This document shows, piece after piece, positions 57,201-64,000 of a stretch of 64,000 nucleotides of DNA. Numbering within the stretch: the first letter of the stretch is position 1; each line of letters begins with the position of its first letter. Under the pieces are notes generated by a model. The model was not told the DNA's origin, did no database searches, and saw only the letters and a list, made by a program, of their open reading frames with translations. The position numbers and the translations under genes were made by a program. Source of the DNA: Saprospirales bacterium (GTDB taxonomy: Bacteria; Bacteroidota; Bacteroidia; Chitinophagales; Saprospiraceae); the NCBI GenBank assembly GCA_031398055.1, contig JANNMS010000263.1:5488-69487 (forward strand), given 5' to 3'.

Positions 57201-60200
57201 GCCCGGCTGGTACGAAATGAAGTTGAAAACCCGCGACCCGTTCGGCGAAGAAATTGAAATCAAAAAGATTTTCCGGGTTTGGGATTCAAAAAAACCGGAG
57301 ACGAAATTTCAGCAACCTAATTTTTATTTGACCAAAAAAACGGCGCAGCCTGGCGACGCCGCAAGTTTCAAAGTTGGCTCGGCTACGGGCGCGACGTACT
57401 TTTTTGTTTTGCAAAATAATTTGGACAACCAATTGAAAACCAATTGGATAGAAGCAAAACCGACGAAGGATTGGCCTTTGAAAATTACTGAAAATGACAA
57501 AGGCAATATCGGTTTTGAATGGTTTGCGGTGCGCGAAAACCGCCTGTTTTCGGGCAGCGAAACCCTCGAAATTCCGTGGTCAGAAAAAGAATTGACACTC
57601 AGTTTTGAAACTTTCCGGGACAAATTATTGCCGGGGCAGGACGAAACTTGGCGCATCAAAATCACTGGAAATAAAAAAGAAAAAGTCGCCGCCGAACTCG
57701 TCGCAACGATGTACGATGCCTCGCTCGAACAATTTCGGCAGCACGATGTGCAAAGAATTTTCTTTCCGACTTTTTCAAATTATTCTGCACAATTTCAATC
57801 TGACGATATTTTTGGAATTTCGCAGGGGCAGACGCATTTGTTTAAAAATGAAGAATTTGGGCGGGGCGGCGAGCGCAATTTTCGGGCATTGAATTGGTTT
57901 GAATTTTATTTTGGAAGAAGAATGTATGCCATGGCTCGTCAAAAAAACCACAATGCACCGATGGATGCGCAGTCGGAACAGTTGGAAATGGCAGCCGCAC
58001 CGATGGCTGATAGCAATTATGCAGCGGGTGGAAATGTGGCAAGTACAGACTTAAAAATGGACGCGGGGAACATTTTACCATCTGCCCCAACTCCAAAACC
58101 TGCGCCGCCCGCGCTGCGGAAAAATTTGAAAGAAACGGTCTTCTTTTTCCCCGATTTGCGGACGGACAAAGACGGAAACGTGGTGTTGAATTTCAAAATG
58201 AACGAGGCATTGACACGGTGGAAATTTTTGGCATTTGCCCACACGACAGATTTAAAAACTGGAATTTTGAAACGCGAGGTTGTAACACAAAAGGATTTGA
58301 TGATTTTGGCAAATCCACCACGTTTTTTGCGAGAGGGCGACGAGGTCGAATTTTCGGCCAAAATTTCAAATTTGTCGGGCAAGGAAATTTCAGGAAAAGC
58401 GGTGCTGAATTTGGTGGATGCCGTTTCCGAAAAAGCGGTGAACTCGGATTTTTCACTTTCTGAAAATGCAAAAACGATCAATTTCAAAGTCGCCGCGGGG
58501 CGTTCGGAAGCCATTTTTTGGAAATTAAAAGTGCCTGCCGGAAAATCGGAAGCGATACTTTGGCAGGTTTCGGCGGCGGCTGGAAATTTCACGGACGGCG
58601 AGGAAAATGCGCTGCCCGTTTTGCCCAACCGGATGCTCGTGACCGAGACGATTCCGCTCGCAGTTCGTGGAAATCAGGTGAAAAATTTTGAGTTTTCGAG
58701 CCTCGCGGACACCAAATCTTCGACGCGGGTGGCACATCGGTACAGTTTGGAATTTACCTCAAATCCAGTTTGGTATGCTGTCCAAGCGTTGCCTTACCTG
58801 ATGGAATTTCCCCACGAATGCAACGAGCAGATTTTTAACCGGTTTTATGCGAACGCGCTCGCGCAAAATATTACCCAAAAAATGCCAAATATCAAGCGTG
58901 TTTTTGACCGTTGGAAAGGCGACCCGAATGCTTTGAAATCCAATCTTTCGAAAAATCAGGAGTTGAAATCTGCGATTTTGGAAGAGACGCCGTGGGTTTT
59001 GGACGCGCAAAACGAGGAGCAGCAAAAGCAAAATATCGCGCTGCTTTTTGATTTGAACCGGATGTCCGCCGAGCGCGAAAAAACGTTGGCGATGCTCGCG
59101 GCGCGGCAAAATGCGGACGGCGGCTGGTCGTGGTTTCCGGGTTCGCCGTCGAATGAATACATCACGGAATACATTGTTTCCGGGTTCGGGCATTTGGAAA
59201 AACTGGGGGCGGTTTCGATAAAAAACGAGCAAGAAACCAGTGAAATGCTGCAAAAAGCATTGGTTTTTTGCGAAAAATCTACCCAAAAACGCTACGCCGA
59301 AATTGAAAGATTGGTGCAGGAAGGCAAGGCAAAATGGACGGACGACCACCTCGGCGGGTTCATTTTCAATTTTTATGCACGGTCGTTTTTTGAAAAACAC
59401 CCGACGGACAAAATTTCGACCTGGGTTTTTGAGCAAGCGGAAAAGTATTGGTTGGGCAAGGGTTTGTACCAAGAAGGTCTGATTGCGTTGGTTTTGAAAC
59501 GGGCTGGCCGGGCGGAATCTGCCACGAAAATCACGAATTCTTTGCGCGAACGTGCTTTGGTAAAAGATGAATTGGGGATGTATTGGCCGAACGAATGGGG
59601 CTATTTTTGGTACCAATTGCCCATCGAAACGCAAAGTTTGATGGTCGAGGTTTTTGACGAGGTGACTGGCGACAAAACTGCGGTCGAAAACCTGCGGATT
59701 TGGCTTTTGAAAAACAAGCAGACCAACCGTTGGGCAAGCACAAAAGCGACCGCCGAAGCCGTGACCGCGCTGCTTTTGCACGGTGAAAATTGGTTGGAAA
59801 ATACCCGCCCCGTCAAACTGAGTTTGGGCGGAAAAACGGTGCAACCTGCTGAAATTGAGGCTGGTACGGGTTATTTTAAAAATGTTTGGTCGGGCGAAGC
59901 TGTGAAAAACGACTTTGCAAAAATCAAAGTTGAAAACCCAAATTCGAACATCGTTTGGGGCGCGGCGTATTTTCAATATTTTGAGGATTTGGATAAAATC
60001 CAGGTTTTTCAAAAAACGCCGCTGACGATTTTGAAGCAATATTTTCGGGAAGAATCGACGCCGTCAGGTTCGAAATTGACCCAAATTTCGGAAGCCACTA
60101 AACTGAAACCGGGCGACAAATTGAAAGTCAGAATCGAAATCCGGGTGGACAGGCCGATGGAATTTGTGCATTTGAAAGACTTGCGCCCGGCGGGTTGCGA

Positions 60201-60438
60201 ACCGACAAATGTGCTTTCCGGCTATCGATATCAGGATGGTTTGGGATATTATGAAAGCACGAAGGATTTGGCGACGAATTTTTTCATGGATTATTTGCCG
60301 CGCGGGACTTTTGTTTTTGAATATCCGATGGTGGCAAATTTGAAAGGGAATTTTTCGACGGGCATCACGACGATGCAGTGCATGTACGCTCCGGAGTTTT
60401 CGAGCCATTCGAAAGGTGAACGGATTTCGATTGAATAA
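54292..60438 (+). CDS. Alpha-2-macroglobulin family lipoprotein (2048 aa) with a thioester motif
   Basis: TTG start followed by the lipobox LATILTFCKS. MG-domain-like repeats. Thioester motif CNEQ within FPHECNEQIFNRFYANA at 58819-58830. The C-terminal receptor-binding-like region has the typical length. Confidence 0.85.
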   Translation: MNSKIIIRASLFLCLATILTFCKSTKTKPTTMLSGDYQTDWARVDTLEIQGLPQSALEIVEKIYTAAKRDGKPEQVLKTLIFKSKYISQREEDGFEKAISMLENELSGLPMAENAILHSMLGELYGQYLQQRGWQIRQRTPLASGETGDILTWTAADIENQAFQHYLKSVENENALLAVPISNYKEITLPGLGDTLTAPLRPTLFDFLAHRALDFAGNPANYLTEPEYKFELSQPVAFAPAAEFVAAKFETEDKTSRKFLAVQLFQRVLKTHLNDADISNLVVADLQRLKFSYQNSTLENKQELFKNALENLRKKAAAHPSDGGVNPDKNKFSQVHDLERGAGHPSEAEVVFELASLLVQTAEPDDPKKQLPAAAKICREAIAKYPKSFGAKQCETLLLQITRPDLSIQIENNLLPEQPGLTNVNFKNLKKIWAKVVAFDLRDANPENRYEPDFQKKLIQKLNEQPAAGLREWNFQTEEDFRSHRTEISFGGMPLGNYVLLVSENQQFNPENGRVCLADFTVTNISVLKFQNQGTENFIAAHRKTGQPMPGVHLEFFKNNWGSGRLNFDKIGEANTDQNGLAKFDFPKNEYYQIEIRASFDRDTAWVGSSTTGYSEDNSPGRREVKIFTDRAIYRPGQLVYFKGIALSFDKKNVPSIVKNEKLDFIFKDANYQEKGRITLTTNEFGTCNGVFTAPSGGLTGQMQIEVENLGSTSFSVEEYKRPKFEVVFEQPKESFKLGQKVKISGTAKNFAGSSVGDAAVKFVVNREAHFPFWGWGGWGFKSFFPRTNNRQIASGTIKTDADGRFEIEFLAEPDVAIDKKLKPNFGFSVTADVTDSNGETQTGSKTIEIGYVSLLVDLKLPDEIELDSLRNVPLKITNLAGEPQKVSGQILLTRLVEPGKIFQKRYWDEPEIWTIPEADFRRDFPNFAFKNEENPEKWGRQDFVNSINFETKNSGSEKSEIDLNLGKTQPGWYEMKLKTRDPFGEEIEIKKIFRVWDSKKPETKFQQPNFYLTKKTAQPGDAASFKVGSATGATYFFVLQNNLDNQLKTNWIEAKPTKDWPLKITENDKGNIGFEWFAVRENRLFSGSETLEIPWSEKELTLSFETFRDKLLPGQDETWRIKITGNKKEKVAAELVATMYDASLEQFRQHDVQRIFFPTFSNYSAQFQSDDIFGISQGQTHLFKNEEFGRGGERNFRALNWFEFYFGRRMYAMARQKNHNAPMDAQSEQLEMAAAPMADSNYAAGGNVASTDLKMDAGNILPSAPTPKPAPPALRKNLKETVFFFPDLRTDKDGNVVLNFKMNEALTRWKFLAFAHTTDLKTGILKREVVTQKDLMILANPPRFLREGDEVEFSAKISNLSGKEISGKAVLNLVDAVSEKAVNSDFSLSENAKTINFKVAAGRSEAIFWKLKVPAGKSEAILWQVSAAAGNFTDGEENALPVLPNRMLVTETIPLAVRGNQVKNFEFSSLADTKSSTRVAHRYSLEFTSNPVWYAVQALPYLMEFPHECNEQIFNRFYANALAQNITQKMPNIKRVFDRWKGDPNALKSNLSKNQELKSAILEETPWVLDAQNEEQQKQNIALLFDLNRMSAEREKTLAMLAARQNADGGWSWFPGSPSNEYITEYIVSGFGHLEKLGAVSIKNEQETSEMLQKALVFCEKSTQKRYAEIERLVQEGKAKWTDDHLGGFIFNFYARSFFEKHPTDKISTWVFEQAEKYWLGKGLYQEGLIALVLKRAGRAESATKITNSLRERALVKDELGMYWPNEWGYFWYQLPIETQSLMVEVFDEVTGDKTAVENLRIWLLKNKQTNRWASTKATAEAVTALLLHGENWLENTRPVKLSLGGKTVQPAEIEAGTGYFKNVWSGEAVKNDFAKIKVENPNSNIVWGAAYFQYFEDLDKIQVFQKTPLTILKQYFREESTPSGSKLTQISEATKLKPGDKLKVRIEIRVDRPMEFVHLKDLRPAGCEPTNVLSGYRYQDGLGYYESTKDLATNFFMDYLPRGTFVFEYPMVANLKGNFSTGITTMQCMYAPEFSSHSKGERISIE

Positions 60439-60507
60439 CAATCGCTTCTCAAACTTTTAAAATACTATGTTTTTCAAAATCGTAAATAAAAAATTTAAAA
60501 ACCATAA

Positions 60508-61011
60508 ATGTCAAAATTAAAATTTCAAGAATTTTTAGAAAGATTTCCGCCCGTCGAAATGCCAATCACACTTGGCGAAGATGATCACCTCGTTTTTTCG
60601 GCTGAAAATTTGCCAATTCCGGATTTCCTGATTGCTGAATTTATCCAACCCATCGAACCTGAGGAGGACGATGAATTCACGGAATATGTCTCGTGTTTTT
60701 CGATTGCTGGCACCGAAAAATTTGAAGCAGTGGTTTATTGGAAAGCCAGTTTGTTGATTTACGAATACATTTTGGCCACTTTTTCAAAAATCGGGCAGCC
60801 AATAAATCGAAAAGTGATTGCCAAAACAAAGGTCACCGGGGAAAAAATCAACCGTGCGGTGGCGACAATTGACGAAGAATTGGTGGTTTTTGTGGCCGAA
60901 GGTTTGGCCGCAGCCAAAGATGACAGTTTCGACCCGGAAACGACTAAAACTTACAATTTTGAAATTTTGGCAAATGGAGAAATTATCCAGTACAACGCCG
61001 CTTTAAATTGA
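60508..61011 (+). CDS. Hypothetical cytoplasmic protein
   Basis: 167-aa ORF of ordinary composition, followed by a clean terminator. No recognised motif. Confidence 0.5.
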   Translation: MSKLKFQEFLERFPPVEMPITLGEDDHLVFSAENLPIPDFLIAEFIQPIEPEEDDEFTEYVSCFSIAGTEKFEAVVYWKASLLIYEYILATFSKIGQPINRKVIAKTKVTGEKINRAVATIDEELVVFVAEGLAAAKDDSFDPETTKTYNFEILANGEIIQYNAALN

Positions 61012-61039
61012 GCATTTTATTTAATTTTTTTTAAAAAAA

Positions 61040-61069
61040 GCCGAATGATGCAAAATCATTCGGCTTTTT
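61040..61069 (+). terminator. Rho-independent terminator
   Basis: gccgaatgat-gcaaa-atcattcggc followed by TTTTT. Confidence 0.8.
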
Positions 61070-61176
61070 AATTTTGATGTCTTCGCCGGGACAACTTTCA
61101 TTTCATTTTTTGTGAAAAAATCCGTTCGCCAAAACCCCTGATTACTTTTGCCGCAGTCAAAAAAAATCTCCATCGA

Positions 61177-61683
61177 ATGAAAGTTACCGAAGCACTGACC
61201 GACCTGACCGAGCAAATTTTGCGATTGCTCGACCGCATCGAACCTGAAAATTACCGCCGCCCGCTGCGTGAATTTGACGGCTCGACGCTCGGCCAACATT
61301 TCCGCCACATCCTCGAATTTTATCAATGCCTCGCCGTCGGCGCACTGCAAAATGATGGCGTGGATTACGCCGCCCGACAACGGAATTTATTGTTTGAAGA
61401 AATTCCCGGCGCGGCGGCAGCGGCGTTCGATGACTTTCTTTTTGATTTGCAAAACTTTGATTGTCAGCAAGTTATCGCTGTCCGGGCGGAGTTTGGCAGT
61501 TGCGACCGACCGGCATATCAAAGCACGGTCGGGCGCGAATTGATGTTTGTTTATGACCATGCGATCCATCATTTGGCGATGATAAAAATCGGTTTGCGGA
61601 CCAATTTTCCAGAAATTCGAACGGAGAAAAACTTGGGCGTTTCGCCTTCGACCACAAAAAGTAAAATGAAAATGGAGGCGTAA
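61177..61683 (+). CDS. DinB-superfamily (four-helix, His-triad) protein
   Basis: LGQHFRHILEFY and ...DHAIHHLAMI give the His-triad spacing typical of DinB_2. Confidence 0.6.
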   Translation: MKVTEALTDLTEQILRLLDRIEPENYRRPLREFDGSTLGQHFRHILEFYQCLAVGALQNDGVDYAARQRNLLFEEIPGAAAAAFDDFLFDLQNFDCQQVIAVRAEFGSCDRPAYQSTVGRELMFVYDHAIHHLAMIKIGLRTNFPEIRTEKNLGVSPSTTKSKMKMEA

Positions 61684-61687
61684 TTTT

Positions 61688-62323
61688 TCACCGCGAAAAC
61701 TTCCTGACAATCGTCAAACCTGACCCGCCGACCGCCGAAAACATCAAATCCAGCGACCCGCTTTTTTCGTTTGCAACAAATGTCTGCCGCGCTGCAAAAC
61801 CCGGAATTGTTTCCAAAGCCACCGACCATTTTGAATTGATGTTGAAATAAACGCCAAAAATCCAACCGAAACCCAGTGAAATTGAACTAGCACTTTGTTC
61901 CGAATTATTTTTCAAAAGCCGAAATGTTGGGGAAATCGAAACTTCTTGGCCGGTGCAAAACCAAAAATTATCGTCCAGCAAAACCCTTTTTTCGCGTCCC
62001 AGCCGAAAATCTGCACTGAAAATTGCCGTGTTTTGAACCTGTTGGTTTTGTTTTTGCCATTCAAATTCAGCGTTTCCAAACCCGCCCGAAATCCGCCGAA
62101 ACGTGTGGCTGCCTATCTTTTTTTTCAATAAAAAACTGAAAAAAGTAAACGAAACGTTGGGTTTCACGCAAAATTCCCGGTTGTGCACGATGCTGTCTTT
62201 TTGCCCAAAAACGGAAGAAAACAGGGATGAGGAATGAGGGATCAGGGATGATTTTTGCCCAGCAACTTGGCTCGAAATTGAAATTAGAAAAATGAAAATT
62301 GTGAAAACGTACCATTTTTTCAT
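61688..62323 (-). CDS. Hypothetical secreted beta-rich (outer-membrane-like) protein
   Basis: Signal peptide MKKWYVFTIFIFLISISSQVAGQ. A GGGATGA-word tract (62212-62245) is embedded just after the signal sequence. Confidence 0.5.
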   Translation of the reverse strand: MKKWYVFTIFIFLISISSQVAGQKSSLIPHSSSLFSSVFGQKDSIVHNREFCVKPNVSFTFFSFLLKKKIGSHTFRRISGGFGNAEFEWQKQNQQVQNTAIFSADFRLGREKRVLLDDNFWFCTGQEVSISPTFRLLKNNSEQSASSISLGFGWIFGVYFNINSKWSVALETIPGFAARQTFVANEKSGSLDLMFSAVGGSGLTIVRKFSR

Positions 62324-62530
62324 GTCGTAGAAATTTTTGATTTGAAAGATTGATTTTAAAAATTACAAACCAGAACGGGAAAGAAACGCAGTCCGCTCCT
62401 GTTTTTAGGATTCTTTAATTTTACTTTAAAAAAATTCAAAAAAACATATCATACTTTTACAATAATTCATTAAAATGGACATTTTAACTTAAGTGTGTGT
62501 TTGACACCATCTTATCAATAAATGCCATAA

Positions 62531-64000
62531 ATGAAAAAAATCCTTTACCTCTCTGCTCCCGAAGATTCAGCCCATCTTTCCCAACTTGACATTTTCCTCG
62601 CTCCAATCCTTGAAAACAAACTGGGGGAATTGCTCAACCACTCAAATTCGATTGAAAACAACCAAACGGAGATGCTTCGCCAAGTTGAAATTGCGGATTT
62701 GGTGCTTTGCTTACTGAGCCCAAATTTTCTGAACTCCGGTTTTTTGATGAATACGCTCGCCAAAAAAGTTTTTCAAAGGATGAACCTCGGCCAATGCGAA
62801 GTGGTCTCGCTGATGCTCCAACCTTGCAATTTAGACGATTCCGAGTTTTCCGAAATTGAAAACGTCCCAGAAAATGGAAAAGCAATTTTGGGAAAATACT
62901 GGATTGGCCGACGCTCCGAGGCGTGGGTCGGCGTGGCCAGCGGGGTGCTGAAATACTTCAAATCCGACCGCAACATTTCTGCTCAAAAAATAAAGGAAGT
63001 GGAAGAGGAAATCCAAAACCTCTTGCTCACCGAAAGAGAAATCAACGAAGCCCGGTCAAAAGGCAAACCTTTTGAATTCGACGATGAATCGTGGGAGCTC
63101 CGAGACTATGAAAATTTGCGACGCTACGGCCCCGACATTTTTGAAATGATGCGCGGCAGTTCCTTTGACACAGCCACCAATCTGGACGGCAAACTTTCTT
63201 GGATGCTTTTTAAAAAAAGGCTCTTGGCCAGGACTCAAGAAATCGAGGCATTTTCACAGGAAATGAAAATACTGATCGAAAGCAACATCAACCACCATGC
63301 CCGGATCATTTTTCTCACCGGCTATCCGGGCACAGGCAAAACAACTTTCGTCCGGATGTTTATGGAAGAAAACTCCGATGACTATGATTTTGTGCTTTAC
63401 GATTTGGAAGGTGTCAATGTCAAAAGTGCCCTGACAAGTGGTCTGGAACAGGAAAAATCAACCGAACGCTCCGTGCTCGACGTATTTGCCCAAACCATGG
63501 CTCGCGACGAAGAAAGGCTGGTCGACAGTTTCAAATTACTGATCATGCACAAAAAACAATTGTTCACAACCACTTTCATCTCGCCTGCTTTTCTCCAAAA
63601 ATTGGAGGAATTGGAATTGAAAATGAAAACGAACCCACTGGGGTTTATCGAAGTTTTCACGGTGCTCCGTGAATTGGATTATGCCGATACGTTTACCGCT
63701 TTTTTTATCCACCACCTGAACGCCGATTGTTCCAAAAAAAGGAAAGTCATTGTATTTGACAATCTGGACGTCATCCGGATGGAGCACCTCGGCAGGCATT
63801 TTTTCAAGGCATTTAGTTTGTCGTTGTGGAATGCCAACAACTTGGCGCAGAGCGGCCTTTTTGTCCACAAAGACATTGAATTTACGCGCCGGTTCAAGTT
63901 TGTTTTTTGCATGCGCGAGGCCAGTTACGAATGTATCAACCCGCACGTGGATCCCCGGATGAAACAAGTGGCCGAAATTCAGCTCCGATTCAAACAGGAA
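62531..64000 (+). CDS. TIR-like (TIR_2-type) domain fused to a P-loop STAND/NACHT-like NTPase; the 3' end lies outside the window and the ORF is not in the supplied track
   Basis: Hand translation from ATG 62531 gives 490 codons with no stop. N-terminus: ILYLSAPEDSAHLSQLDIFLAPI...ADLVLCLLSPNFLNSGF...VVSLMLQPCNL...PENGKAIL...RSEAWVGVASGV. Walker A GYPGTGKTT at 63320-63346. Walker B KVIVFDNLD. Sensor-like FVFCMRE. Confidence 0.75.
   Translation, partial: MKKILYLSAPEDSAHLSQLDIFLAPILENKLGELLNHSNSIENNQTEMLRQVEIADLVLCLLSPNFLNSGFLMNTLAKKVFQRMNLGQCEVVSLMLQPCNLDDSEFSEIENVPENGKAILGKYWIGRRSEAWVGVASGVLKYFKSDRNISAQKIKEVEEEIQNLLLTEREINEARSKGKPFEFDDESWELRDYENLRRYGPDIFEMMRGSSFDTATNLDGKLSWMLFKKRLLARTQEIEAFSQEMKILIESNINHHARIIFLTGYPGTGKTTFVRMFMEENSDDYDFVLYDLEGVNVKSALTSGLEQEKSTERSVLDVFAQTMARDEERLVDSFKLLIMHKKQLFTTTFISPAFLQKLEELELKMKTNPLGFIEVFTVLRELDYADTFTAFFIHHLNADCSKKRKVIVFDNLDVIRMEHLGRHFFKAFSLSLWNANNLAQSGLFVHKDIEFTRRFKFVFCMREASYECINPHVDPRMKQVAEIQLRFKQE

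Noticed and set aside
58759-60039. 426-aa ORF on the - strand
   Set aside because: It is antisense to the alpha-2-macroglobulin gene. Its composition is Arg/Phe-rich and it has no motifs.
61021-61380. 119-aa ORF on the - strand
   Set aside because: It overlaps a clean + strand terminator and the 5' end of the DinB-like gene, and it has no start context.

Overview
This looks like a Bacteroidota chromosomal segment. The evidence is two type-A T9SS C-terminal sorting domains, one type-B (gliding-associated) C-terminal domain on a 2198-aa SprB-repeat protein, many lipoprotein signals, and tightly packed genes with ATGA/TAATG overlaps. I support about 49 protein-coding genes. I saw no rRNA, tRNA, CRISPR array, transposase or integrase.

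Housekeeping blocks:
- ftsY and atpD-atpC.
- A complete trp operon, trpE-G-D-C-(F-B fusion)-A. Upstream lies a 21-codon leader ORF with tandem Trp codons and a terminator hairpin.
- A vertebrate-type glutamate dehydrogenase, an Lrp/AsnC regulator, an agmatine-deiminase-family gene and an MqnC-like radical SAM gene.

Accessory or unusual content:
- A six-gene CoA-dependent aromatic-acid (hydroxycinnamate, Cou-like) catabolic operon.
- A truncated FAH-family gene next to three orphan genes. This block is bracketed by a 45-bp direct repeat.
- A giant adhesin convergent with a TolC/HlyD/ABC exporter. Every ATPase motif in the ABC protein is degenerate.
- A 2048-aa alpha-2-macroglobulin lipoprotein with a CNEQ thioester motif.
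- At the right edge, an ORF absent from the supplied ORF track because it runs off the window. It encodes a TIR-like domain fused to a P-loop STAND/NACHT-like NTPase and is my best candidate for an immune-type system.

At the DNA level the most striking pattern is about a dozen long intergenic hairpins. Their arms are built from tandem 6-10-nt 'words', and the words differ between loci. One pair of arms encloses a four-helix-bundle (23S rRNA IVS-type) protein gene.

All functional calls come from motif recognition by eye. No database search was run.
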